Assembly (NCBI GenBank): GCA_963719945.1
Contig: CAVRDX010000003.1
Coordinates: 32,001 to 96,000 of the forward strand
DNA: 64,000 nt
Origin: an uncultured Thermoplasmata archaeon
GTDB lineage: Archaea > Thermoplasmatota > Thermoplasmata > UBA10834
Reading direction: 5' to 3'
The translations under genes and the position numbers were made by a program. Under the pieces are notes generated by a model. The model had not been told where the DNA came from and ran no database searches. It saw only the letters and a list, made by a program, of their open reading frames with translations. Positions 31,514 to 40,490 of the stretch are shown here, one piece after another (position 1 is the first letter of the stretch; every line of letters begins with the position of its first letter).

Positions 31514-33145
31514 TCATACGGTGAATGGCAACCCAGAGACACCTTCTTTCTGGAACGCTCTGATTATTTCGTTGGCGGTCTTATATGCCGTCATATTCGT
31601 CTCGATCATCTTCTCGATTATGCGCGTCCTCAGAGCGAGCTCCTTGTAGATGTCCCTCTTATCCTTGTATCCCCTCTTGACCGCAATCTTCTCCTCAAGA
31701 ATGAACGAATTGTTCATGCCTCTGAAGACATGTTGGTCGCTGACAGGGTTCCACACGAACACGGCTCTTGTCATCACACCGCCCATAGACTCGCTGTAAC
31801 CGAGGATCTCCTCGACAGCCAAGGTTCTCCTGATGAGTTTGCCTCCTCTGTAGACCCCTGCCTGGAACACTGCGACATTAAGGTTGTCCATGCTTGTGAT
31901 GGGAACGCTGATCGGTGCGCCAGTGAACCTCTGGATCATCCTCTTCACGGATGCGGCGTGGAAGGTGGCCATGACTGGGATACCGGTCTGCATCGCCTGG
32001 AACGCGACATTACCCTCCTTCCCTCTGATTTCACCGACTATGATGTAATTCGGTCTCGATCTCAGACCTGATTTGAGCAGCGCAAAAGTATCCACTCTGC
32101 TATCCTCGGGGCCGAACTCTCTCGTGGACAATTGCTGCCAGACTGCATGAGGTGGCTGCACCTCCAAGGTGTCCTCTGCGGAGAATATCTTCTGATCATA
32201 CCTTATGAATGGGAATATCGCATTGAGCAGCGTGGTCTTACCCGAAGCCGTCTCACCGCAGACGAACACGCTCATTCCGTTCTCGAGACATAGCCAGAGA
32301 TAGGCCGCTTGCTGTGGCGAGATGGTGTTCCACCCTGAGAGTTGTGCGACGCTGAGTGGTTCGGTGGAGAATTTCCTGATCGTGAATGTGGGGCCGTTGA
32401 CGCTGACGTCATCTGCATAGATAATGTTGATACGCGATCCATCCGGAAGGGCACCGTCGATTATCGGTCTTGAGATCGATGCAGGTCTCCCCATCCTCTC
32501 GCTCATTCCTTTTGCGTATTTGTCCAATTCCGCCAATGCGTCGAATCTGACGTTCGTCTCCACCATTCCCATGACCTTATGGTATAGATTGACCTTTCCA
32601 AGACCGACACAATGGATATCTTCTATGTACGGGTCTCTGAGCACTGGCTCGAGCGCGCCGTTCTGTAGAATGTTCCTCTTGATATAATACTCGATTATCT
32701 CGAAATCACTTTCTGTCATGTAGATTTTGCTGTTCGGTTTGAACAGCTGTGCGATCTTGGATGGAGGTCGCCCTTCGGTGACTTCCACGATCTCTCCAAG
32801 GAGCTTATCGAGCACTTCATTGAATTCAGCATCCGTGGTATGGGTCTTCTCATTTCCAGACTTGATGAATATCTGATTGACAGCACTGTCATAGAGTTTC
32901 GTCAGCTCAGGGGTCAGCAAGGGTTGTATGGTGTCGTACTTATGCCCCTCATCCTTTGAGCCATGCAAGTGTATGAATATGGGATCTCCCACAGGATACA
33001 CGACATCCACAGTGGCCTCCTTGCCGAGATCTCTACTGAGTGTGTCCATGAACTTCGGGGTCTGCGTCGTGTTCTGGGCGTACTCCTGGAGATACACGTT
33101 GAGATGTGGGTTGCGCTCAAGTACTCTGCTGAATTTGGGAGGCAT
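31514..33145 (-). CDS. arlI: Archaellum motor ATPase ArlI (copy 2)
   Basis: Same motifs: GETASGKT, RSRPNYIIVGEIRG, ATFHA; clearly diverged paralogue of copy 1. Confidence 0.92.
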   Translation of the reverse strand: MPPKFSRVLERNPHLNVYLQEYAQNTTQTPKFMDTLSRDLGKEATVDVVYPVGDPIFIHLHGSKDEGHKYDTIQPLLTPELTKLYDSAVNQIFIKSGNEKTHTTDAEFNEVLDKLLGEIVEVTEGRPPSKIAQLFKPNSKIYMTESDFEIIEYYIKRNILQNGALEPVLRDPYIEDIHCVGLGKVNLYHKVMGMVETNVRFDALAELDKYAKGMSERMGRPASISRPIIDGALPDGSRINIIYADDVSVNGPTFTIRKFSTEPLSVAQLSGWNTISPQQAAYLWLCLENGMSVFVCGETASGKTTLLNAIFPFIRYDQKIFSAEDTLEVQPPHAVWQQLSTREFGPEDSRVDTFALLKSGLRSRPNYIIVGEIRGKEGNVAFQAMQTGIPVMATFHAASVKRMIQRFTGAPISVPITSMDNLNVAVFQAGVYRGGKLIRRTLAVEEILGYSESMGGVMTRAVFVWNPVSDQHVFRGMNNSFILEEKIAVKRGYKDKRDIYKELALRTRIIEKMIETNMTAYKTANEIIRAFQKEGVSGLPFTV

Positions 33146-33155
33146 CGTCGCTACC

Positions 33156-33854
33156 TCACACAACTGATGTGATCTCAATGACCATTCCGACGTTCGGCTC
33201 TATCCTGAATCCAACCACTGGCGATACCCTGAACTGTGTGCCCCCGAATCTCTTCACCATTATGCTCCTCGATATCATTCCGCCAACCTGCGAGACGACG
33301 ATGCTCAGGTAGACATGACTGTCAGATTCGAAAGGAGCGAGTGATTTCGCTTCGATTTCCTGCGGGTCGACTGTGATGACGATGCTCTTCCCCATCCCTG
33401 TCAACTTCTTGAAGAATGAAAGGACCCTTATGCTGTTATCTCCTCCTTGGAGACTGTTGCTAACGAGGCTGGAAAAGGTGTCGATTATCGTTATGTCGCT
33501 CTTGTACAATTCCTCCGAACTCATCAACATGCCCAGGAAGTCCTTTCGGCTATTGCCTGTCCCTACCAGAGGGTATACGGGCACGAATTTGAGTTTACCA
33601 TTCAATAGCCACGATGCGATGGGATAATCCAAGGAATACATCTGGTTGATGAAATCCTTGACCGTCAGCTCCGTGGAAATGCAAGTGACTGAATACTGGT
33701 TCGATAGGAATCCGTAGATCATACGCTGTACGAGGGCGCTTTTCCCATTGCCATGAGCGCCTTCGATCAGAGTGATAGTTCCCGCAGGGAGACCTTGACC
33801 TAACTGATCATGCAGGTCGTCTCTTGGTATCTGGAGCTTATAGGTCTCTCCCAT
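33156..33854 (-). CDS. arlH: Archaellum KaiC/RecA-like ATP-binding protein ArlH
   Basis: GLPAG, Walker A GAHGNGKS, STELT..F..QM.SL.Y, IIDTFS, FRIEP..GM.IEI. Confidence 0.92.
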   Translation of the reverse strand: MGETYKLQIPRDDLHDQLGQGLPAGTITLIEGAHGNGKSALVQRMIYGFLSNQYSVTCISTELTVKDFINQMYSLDYPIASWLLNGKLKFVPVYPLVGTGNSRKDFLGMLMSSEELYKSDITIIDTFSSLVSNSLQGGDNSIRVLSFFKKLTGMGKSIVITVDPQEIEAKSLAPFESDSHVYLSIVVSQVGGMISRSIMVKRFGGTQFRVSPVVGFRIEPNVGMVIEITSVV

Positions 33855-33869
33855 TGGAGAGCCACCTCA

Positions 33870-34307
33870 CTAGATCCGGAAGCTGAGTCTGTCCATTATG
33901 CCGTTTTCCGTCGTGATAGTGACCGTGTGATCACCAGATGTCAGAGTCTGGTCGATGGTGATCGATATCACGCTAGACGGATCCCAAAACGACGATGTGT
34001 TTCCACTCAGCGAAAGGGTGTAATCCGTGACCACCATGCCATCCAGCATTACAGTGATATAGTTTTGGTTTAGAACCGTATTGCCGAGGTTCTTGGCATA
34101 TATCCTCACCGGATCGTTAGGCACGTTCGTGGGATCGTTGATGATCGCTATGTTCGTCAGCATCTCCTTTTCGATATTGTCGCTCTTCTGATTGATTCCA
34201 CTCGTGATGCCATATACGCCGTTGGCAGCTACTGCCACGACAGCGGACGCTACCATGATGGCTGACACGAAGAATATCAACTGTGTCGACGCACCGCTTG
34301 CGCCCAT
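33870..34307 (-). CDS. arlG: Archaellum stator protein ArlG
   Basis: N-terminal hydrophobic helix (STQLIFFVSAIMVA), IINDP, YAKNLG, W.P, TENG. Confidence 0.88.
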   Translation of the reverse strand: MGASGASTQLIFFVSAIMVASAVVAVAANGVYGITSGINQKSDNIEKEMLTNIAIINDPTNVPNDPVRIYAKNLGNTVLNQNYITVMLDGMVVTDYTLSLSGNTSSFWDPSSVISITIDQTLTSGDHTVTITTENGIMDRLSFRI

Positions 34308-34319
34308 TATTCCCACCTC

Positions 34320-35513
34320 TCAGAGCATGATGATATCTGATATTCCATTCTCCACCACCACCTTCACGCTCGTACCGAGTCTCTCGATCACGAGCCCATT
34401 CACACTGTCTGACACGAATATCTTGCCCGTTGCGTCCACCCCCCATACCGAATCGCTGAGTCCATCATCTATTGTGCCTCTCATCGTTCCGTTCTCATAG
34501 AAGACGAGTATCTCGTCGCTGTTGTTCGCTACGAACAAGTTCCTTTCGTCGAGAGCGTAGGCACTAGCGGATATGTCCGTTGTCGATGAGAGCATGTTCG
34601 ACCCGATTATCTGAGCTCCTTCACTTCCGTCGAGTCCGTATCTGTCCATATGGTTGCTTCCGGAGCTGTTGTCAAGGACGAATATGTATCCGCCTACGGA
34701 GATGTCTATCGGGCCAGTCATCGTGCCTCCGTTGGCGATTAGTTGATCGACGAAGACGCCAGTCGATTTGTTGAATCTGTCAATATGGTCGAAGTTGTCG
34801 ATAACGTAGATGTAATCCGAATCGACTGCAAATGATGTCGGTGATGGCGCGTTCGTTCCATCCGAGATGAACACATCTATCCAGTTTCCGTCTGTGTCGA
34901 ATCTGTCAATGTGTGAAGCTTCATCTAGAACGTATAGATACTCACCGAATACCTTGACATCACTGGGCGCCACCATATGTGTGGCGTCTGTGATTGTGAA
35001 ACTGAATGTGCCAGTTAGTGTGAAAACCTCAATGCTGTTTCCGTCGAGGACATATGCGCATTCGCCCACCGATAGACTGGTCGGCGAGGAAAGTCGGGCA
35101 TCGTTCGCAACGAGGTTCCTTAGACCTACGTCAGGATCGAAATCAATCGATGGGTCGTTGACGGTGATTGTGAGTACCTCTAGTGGCAGCCAGATATCTG
35201 TCGTCTTGCCTTCGATCGCTGTGGTGAATGATGACAAGAACAGGCCGTCGATGAGGAGATTCGATTCGCTTATCTCAAGAGCGATGCTTCCAGTATTCTG
35301 TACAAGGACCTCGAGCTCATTCGTGTCGCGATAGTAATTCACGTCGATTATGCTGATCTGAGTCTGCGATCTTTCACTCATATCATCGTATCTTTCGTCC
35401 AGAGATACGGTTACTTTATCAAACGCATCGGTTACCGAGGCGTAAAGAATAGAAAAAAGAACGAGAAAGGCGGCGAAGAAAATCGCCATTGTAGCCGAGA
35501 CACTAAACCCCAT
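34320..35513 (-). CDS. arlF: Archaellum stator protein ArlF with inserted beta-propeller
   Basis: MGFSVS N-terminus, NTGS..L, LLIDG, WLPLE and C-terminal VKVVVENG; ~240-aa insert of NHL-like YVLD...IDRF..DG repeats. Confidence 0.82.
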   Translation of the reverse strand: MGFSVSATMAIFFAAFLVLFSILYASVTDAFDKVTVSLDERYDDMSERSQTQISIIDVNYYRDTNELEVLVQNTGSIALEISESNLLIDGLFLSSFTTAIEGKTTDIWLPLEVLTITVNDPSIDFDPDVGLRNLVANDARLSSPTSLSVGECAYVLDGNSIEVFTLTGTFSFTITDATHMVAPSDVKVFGEYLYVLDEASHIDRFDTDGNWIDVFISDGTNAPSPTSFAVDSDYIYVIDNFDHIDRFNKSTGVFVDQLIANGGTMTGPIDISVGGYIFVLDNSSGSNHMDRYGLDGSEGAQIIGSNMLSSTTDISASAYALDERNLFVANNSDEILVFYENGTMRGTIDDGLSDSVWGVDATGKIFVSDSVNGLVIERLGTSVKVVVENGISDIIML

Positions 35514-36687
35514 GAAAGCCCTCCAGACTCTCCTTGAACTTCGATATATTCTGTTCGAGGGAGTTTAGCCTATCCTTGTCGACTTCGAGCCCTGCGATCT
35601 TCTGGACGAACAGGAGAGACTTCAGATGGTCGTCGGCTGACAGGCGCCAGTCTTCGACCTTCTTGTAGGGTGCGGCTTGTGGCGGGGGTAGATCCCTGAA
35701 GACATCCTCACGGACCTCTTCTTGGCCCATGTATTTCGTGATGTCTTGCATCTCACCGCGTGCGTAGGACATGATTTCTGATTTCACATCCTCGCTGATC
35801 CATCCTACGTCAACATAGTAGTCAAGGACGAGCGATATCTTGTCTCTCGTAACGCGCTCGAACAGGAATTCTATCCAGCGCATGACAAGGACGAGTGTGA
35901 GGTAATCGTGTGGTATGTATGCGAGCAACGGTTTCTTATTGTGCTTGCTCCTCGCTGCCGCACGTACCTGTCTCTCATATCTCTCGTCGGTCGATGTCTT
36001 ATCCATCGTCGGTGGAGTCTCTCTCCTTTCTCCAATAGATACAGTCCCCAAGGGCATTGTCGACGTCCCTGGCTCCCACGGGGTGGCGTCCCTACTTTTC
36101 TTTGATGCCGCGCTCCTAGCTGAAGATGGCGTTTCGATCTCTCCTTCGCCAAACGGTCTGAACTCTGGGATATCTCCGTCGAGTTCGATCGTTCCGAACG
36201 AGATCTCGTCAGCTGGTTTCTCCATCTGCTTCTCCGCCGGTTTGGGAGGAGACTGTTCCTTCGGAGGAGCTTCTTTCTCTGACATATCAATGAACGGGTT
36301 GAACTTCGCGGAGACGACTTCGTATACTGACAGGAGCTTTCTGATGTCCTGGTCCATCTGGGTGAGTTTGTCTCGGACCTTCGAGTTCTCGTTCCGCTCA
36401 TTCGTCAGAGCGGAGTCGATTCTCCCGATCTTGTCTTCGATCTCTTCCAGGCGACCAAGGAGCTCGCTGAGCTCCTTCACACCAGTAAGTCCTCCGGCAC
36501 CCGAACTATCGTCTTCGAGGTAGTCCTCCTCGTCTGTGGGCGACACTATTTCTGATCCGTCGCCCCCTTCTGCTGCGTCATCGAAAGTCTCCTCTTCCGT
36601 ATCATCGAACTCGTCCTCGAAGTCTTTCAACTTCCTACGAGCTGAGGAACCATCTTTTCCAGGTTTCTTGCGGAACAGGCCGGCCAT
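35503..36687 (-). CDS. arlCDE: ArlC-ArlD/E fusion (archaellum switch-complex protein)
   Basis: Coiled coil plus LLSVYEVVS..FNPF (ArlC-like); WIEFL, LDYY...GWIS, L...DHLKSLLF (ArlD/E-like). Confidence 0.85.
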   Translation of the reverse strand: MAGLFRKKPGKDGSSARRKLKDFEDEFDDTEEETFDDAAEGGDGSEIVSPTDEEDYLEDDSSGAGGLTGVKELSELLGRLEEIEDKIGRIDSALTNERNENSKVRDKLTQMDQDIRKLLSVYEVVSAKFNPFIDMSEKEAPPKEQSPPKPAEKQMEKPADEISFGTIELDGDIPEFRPFGEGEIETPSSARSAASKKSRDATPWEPGTSTMPLGTVSIGERRETPPTMDKTSTDERYERQVRAAARSKHNKKPLLAYIPHDYLTLVLVMRWIEFLFERVTRDKISLVLDYYVDVGWISEDVKSEIMSYARGEMQDITKYMGQEEVREDVFRDLPPPQAAPYKKVEDWRLSADDHLKSLLFVQKIAGLEVDKDRLNSLEQNISKFKESLEGFHGV

Positions 36688-36729
36688 TTTCGATACACCT
36701 AACCCCGTGCAGTCATGGGAAAACATCTT

Positions 36730-36771
36730 CCCTCACCTCTTAGAAAAGAGGTGAGGGGGAGAAATCTCCCC
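36730..36771 (-). terminator. Tandem hairpins between archaellin A and arlCDE (partial terminator or mRNA stabiliser)
   Basis: 12-bp perfect stem CCCTCACCTCTT/AAGAGGTGAGGG (36730-36757) overlapping GGGGAGA/TCTCCCC stem. Confidence 0.55.
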
Positions 36772-36800
36772 AAATTGGGATTGATTGAGCTAGTGTCTCT

Positions 36801-37421
36801 CTACTTGAGCACCACTACGCTGCTAGCCTCGAGGGTCGCAGGAGCGGTTATCTCCAGGTATGTCGGCACACCGTGCTTGGGCATCAACAGGAGCGTCAGC
36901 TGTTCTTGTGGGTCGAGCTCCATTGTTATTCCCGTCGCGGTGGTGAGGTCGATTTGTACCTGGAATACATCTCCGGCGGTCATCATGACTGCAGCTGTTG
37001 CTGGGTCCATGTCTCTGAGCTCAGTTGCGGTGAACTCTGTGGCGGATGCTGCAGCTGCGTATGAGAGCGTGATTTCAGACGCTACTCCTCCGCCGATGGT
37101 CTGCGTAACCTCAATTATCGTGTTCTCGAGGTTGATCCCAGGGCTACCAGCGATCAAGGCTATCTTGATGTAGATCGTGTCGATGGCTGGAGTCGCATCT
37201 GTCGATCCCCATACGGCAAGGACCTTGAATCCACAGGCAACGTCCTGCAGAGCCTCGTCACCAGTCGACTCGGCCTGCTGTTGCAGCTTGTATGCAGTCT
37301 GGACCAAGACACCCGCTGCCACAGCGGCAACGATTATCATGGCAATGAAGATAAGAAGGGTTCCAACACCCATCTCGCCTTCCTCTTCCATTTTTCTCTT
37401 TTTCCACGCTAGTTTGTTCAT
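36801..37421 (-). CDS. arlB: Archaellin A (206 aa; first gene of the arl operon)
   Basis: Class III signal peptide G/EMGVGTLLIFIAMIIVAAVAAGVL; L.AGS..INL; GD; P..G.P motifs; SD GGAGG. Confidence 0.93.
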   Translation of the reverse strand: MNKLAWKKRKMEEEGEMGVGTLLIFIAMIIVAAVAAGVLVQTAYKLQQQAESTGDEALQDVACGFKVLAVWGSTDATPAIDTIYIKIALIAGSPGINLENTIIEVTQTIGGGVASEITLSYAAAASATEFTATELRDMDPATAAVMMTAGDVFQVQIDLTTATGITMELDPQEQLTLLLMPKHGVPTYLEITAPATLEASSVVVLK

Positions 37422-37431
37422 TGTTTCTATT

Positions 37432-37797
37432 CCTCCAACTTCGCATCTCTTCTCGAGTCACGTACCCGAGGGACGTTCGGCACCCTGCCGACGAGGAGAT
37501 CTTCCGAGCCGATCCTAGCTCTCCTGCCTATTGACAGGACATCGAGAGCATCCGCTACCCGATGGTTTGTCCAAAAAGCACGGTTTTTCAACGCCCGCCG
37601 TGAATCTTGTCTAGCACTGGGGCGATTACACAACTCCTGGCGACAGCCAGACCGTTCCATCCTAACTGGTCTTCTCGCCTCACCTCCGATGGCAACCGCC
37701 GCCGTGCCCTGCAGCGGGGAGTGAGAGAGATGCACCCCTCAAGGTTGTGCTTGAGAGGCACTATCCACAGGGCATGTAGACCTCTCTCGAGTCTACT
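37432..37797 (-). ncRNA. Candidate ~350-nt structured leader or sRNA upstream of archaellin A
   Basis: Lies between TATA-like box (37805-37818) and SD; at least 8 hairpins visible by eye; long-range GCATCTCT/AGAGATGC pairing; complementary to other arl leaders. Confidence 0.6.
37755..37782. repeat. 28-bp element, perfect inverted repeat of 39752-39779
   Basis: GAGGCACTATCCACAGGGCATGTAGACC is the reverse complement of GGTCTACATGCCCTGTGGATAGTGCCTC. Confidence 0.95.
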
Positions 37798-37845
37798 ATC
37801 CAGAATATATATCTTAAACATTAGTATACAAATGTCTAGAAAAAT

Positions 37846-37865
37846 TATGAGAAGTGATTCTCATA
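37846..37865. promoter_or_regulatory. Palindromic operator upstream of the archaellin A promoter
   Basis: TATGAGAA-gtga-TTCTCATA (8-bp perfect arms), containing the GTGATTCTCAT box. Confidence 0.6.
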
Positions 37866-37890
37866 GGTGATTTGCGCATTCGTCAAATCA

Positions 37891-39612
37891 TCAGACGAGA
37901 TTCACATATCTGTAAGCCCCAAGATATGGGATTGTACAGTCCTCTATCGTAGGCTGGCCTATGCTCGGAATGAATTTCATCGAGAACGATGATTCGGCGT
38001 GAAGGTTCAGTCCTATCTCGCCGGCGTCGACGAATATTTTCACGAGTCCTCCATCCGAGAGAGAGAATGTGCTTGCGAATTCGCTATCTGGATCCCTAAG
38101 TATCTGGACAGAGAAGCTGTCAGCAGTCGCCCCGGCTGGCCCGAATTCTGCAGCATTGAATGCCAGCGTGACATCCTTCTCCCCGTCAGTGATCTCTATC
38201 ATCAGAGACGTGAACAGGATCGGCATGCTTCCAGGCACTGTCTTGACCTTGATCTCGATCATCTGGATGGTGTTCGATGGTATCACTGGTTGTGCATAGT
38301 TGTCTGCCGCATCCACAGCTACTACGGTATAGTAGTACAGGGTTCCAGACACTCCTGAGTAATCACAGTACTGGGTCGTGTTGCTGCTGACCGATGCGAT
38401 GGGGGTGGAGTTCCTCAACTCCTCGACGCTATCGAGCGCGGACATGCTGGTACTCCTGTAGATTAGGTATTCACCGATGTACGTCTCACTATCGGACGCT
38501 TCGTTCCAGTTCATCTCGACAGATTGTATATATTGCGTAGCACCAAATGCCTGCACTGCGGACGGAGCGATGGAATCCACGACTTCAGCATTGTATGTGA
38601 GCGTTCCCAATGAAACCTGGTTCCCCGCTCGGTCTTCGACTATTACATAATACGTATAGGTCCCCTCATCACTAGGGGCGTCAGAATAGCTAGACGCAGT
38701 GGAATTAAGTGCCGCAATGAGCTCCGCTCCGATCGATATGGAGATGACCCTTCGTCCATCGACCATCTCGCTAGATAGCGACCCAACCGATACGGTGCTC
38801 CTATAGAGCAGCTGCTGGTCGACGCCACTGCCCGCATCGGTGGCTGGAACCCAGAAGAGCATGACAGAATACTCATCAGGTCTCGATGTGCTCGTCATGG
38901 ATCCACCTGCGGGTATGGTCTGATCCTCATCATGACTTGCTGCATCCGTGGATGCAGAACTGTCAATCGGAGTATAGAGGGCACGGTTTCCAGCTGCGTC
39001 CACTCCGACTATTGCATACGCATATGACGTGGAATTATCGTCCCTGGCGGTATAATCCATATACTGTCTATCTGACCCGAAGCCAGTTGTCAACGTTGCC
39101 AATTCATAGGATGGATTGAGTTGATCGAGTGTCAATAATCGATTCCTTGCGATCTGTTCGTTGAACGCGGCAGGATTGGTCGGGTCATATACCGAGGTCC
39201 TGTAGATGATCTCCTCAGCCAACCCAGAGCCATAATCAATGGCGGAGGTCCAGTTCAGAACTATTCGGAGTGGTGCAACTCCGTCGTTTGAAGCAGTTGC
39301 GTTCCATAATATGCCACCAGTCGGCGGTTGATCATCTCTCGATGGCATATACCCGGAAGCGATTGAAGAATCTGCACCGTCAGGGTTCCTGTCGCCTGCG
39401 ACATTGACGACGGTAAGTCCTCCAGAGACCTCTGAAACGGCATCGTCGACAGTTCTCTGTGCCTGTTGCTGCAGCAACGCTGCAGCATAAAGTATCAATG
39501 ACGCTGCGATTGCAGCGACCAGCACCATCGCAATGAAAATGATAAGTGTACCTATACCGACATCGGCTTCTTCATCCGTCTTGATGCTCGTTCTTGCTTT
39601 TTTGAGCCCCAT
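37891..39612 (-). CDS. arlB: Archaellin B, giant (573 aa) with about 3 fibronectin-III-like inserts
   Basis: A/DVGIGTLIIFIAMVLVAAIAA N-terminus; archaellin C-terminal half (PGS.PI, IEITDG, RDPD, IP..G.P); three W..A.D..SG/T...IYR(S/T)...Y.Y.(IV)..VD.A.N repeats in between. Confidence 0.88.
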   Translation of the reverse strand: MGLKKARTSIKTDEEADVGIGTLIIFIAMVLVAAIAASLILYAAALLQQQAQRTVDDAVSEVSGGLTVVNVAGDRNPDGADSSIASGYMPSRDDQPPTGGILWNATASNDGVAPLRIVLNWTSAIDYGSGLAEEIIYRTSVYDPTNPAAFNEQIARNRLLTLDQLNPSYELATLTTGFGSDRQYMDYTARDDNSTSYAYAIVGVDAAGNRALYTPIDSSASTDAASHDEDQTIPAGGSMTSTSRPDEYSVMLFWVPATDAGSGVDQQLLYRSTVSVGSLSSEMVDGRRVISISIGAELIAALNSTASSYSDAPSDEGTYTYYVIVEDRAGNQVSLGTLTYNAEVVDSIAPSAVQAFGATQYIQSVEMNWNEASDSETYIGEYLIYRSTSMSALDSVEELRNSTPIASVSSNTTQYCDYSGVSGTLYYYTVVAVDAADNYAQPVIPSNTIQMIEIKVKTVPGSMPILFTSLMIEITDGEKDVTLAFNAAEFGPAGATADSFSVQILRDPDSEFASTFSLSDGGLVKIFVDAGEIGLNLHAESSFSMKFIPSIGQPTIEDCTIPYLGAYRYVNLV

Positions 39613-39751
39613 CCCAGTCCTCTCCGGTGTGCGAGGGCATGGAACGTAGCGTTGTTGAGCCTAGAGCATCCGCTAACTCATGGCACCATCAGAAATTATC
39701 CCGACTTGTTGAGCCGGTAATATATTACTCGTCAGAAAGACGAGAGTCTAC

Positions 39752-39794
39752 GGTCTACATGCCCTGTGGATAGTGCCTCGAGATGCGTTGGAGG
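39752..39794. repeat. Composite antisense element in the archaellin B leader
   Basis: 39752-39779 is the inverted copy of 37755-37782; 39780-39794 (GAGATGCGTTGGAGG) is the inverted copy of 37432-37449 lacking 3 nt. Confidence 0.9.
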
Positions 39795-39978
39795 CTAGTG
39801 ATTATCATGCGTTTGAAGATTATATAAGACAACAAGCCGTGATTTTCATGCAAGATAATCAGATTATTTGAATCAAAAATATCAATTGTAAGGGGTTTCT
39901 TTGGGATATTCCCAGACGCTGATATGCCCTGTTTGTCAGTCTCTCTCAATTCTCGTTGTTCGGATCAACCATCGCCGG

Positions 39979-40461
39979 TCATACTCTGTAATAATCGGCA
40001 AGGCTGGTCTCGAATCGACCGATCCGTTCCTGCACTTCACACCAGATGTTCTTGTCAACATCGATGCCCGCCAGCTCCATGACGAACATCCAGGACTTCA
40101 TATGGTCTTCCGGTGTGAGCCTCCACTCCTTCTCCTCCGTCGCAAGCGCGAGGGCATCCAAGGAGCTTTTCCTTCCGGGCCGTTTCTTGGTCACTACGAG
40201 ATTGTGGTCTATGATCTCATCGTCCAGGATCGCCTCTGCCATCTCCGGTTCGGCTTTCTTTGTGCCTTGAGATACAGATGCCAAGTACTCTGCGATGTCC
40301 TCTCCTATCCATCCTATTCTGCTATAGAAGCTGAACAATCTGGGAATGGCTTCGATGTCTATCCTGTCCATCAGGAACGACATCCATCGCATGATGATCA
40401 TGTTGGTTCTGGAATCTATGTCGAAACTCTCCAGTGCCGAGTACCGTTCTTCTGGATCCAT
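39979..40461 (-). CDS. arlD: Stand-alone ArlD/E-family protein
   Basis: MRWMSFL, FYSRIGWI, WRLTPEDHMKS motifs, paralogous to the C-terminus of 35503-36687. Confidence 0.82.
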   Translation of the reverse strand: MDPEERYSALESFDIDSRTNMIIMRWMSFLMDRIDIEAIPRLFSFYSRIGWIGEDIAEYLASVSQGTKKAEPEMAEAILDDEIIDHNLVVTKKRPGRKSSLDALALATEEKEWRLTPEDHMKSWMFVMELAGIDVDKNIWCEVQERIGRFETSLADYYRV

Positions 40462-40490
40462 GCACGTTCCTCCTTTCTTGAGATCCCTCT

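Noticed and set aside
37432-37797. Leader A as SRP RNA or RNase P RNA
   Set aside because: Size is similar, but I could not find the SRP helix-8 motif or the RNase P GAGGAA(A)GUCC and P4 signatures on either strand; an Rfam search is still needed.
37427-37870. Short ORFs (37427-37735, 37588-37821, 37607-37870) in the archaellin A upstream region
   Set aside because: Arg/Ser/Cys-rich composition unlike real genes here, overlap of the promoter and SD, and no recognisable motifs; better explained as structured RNA.
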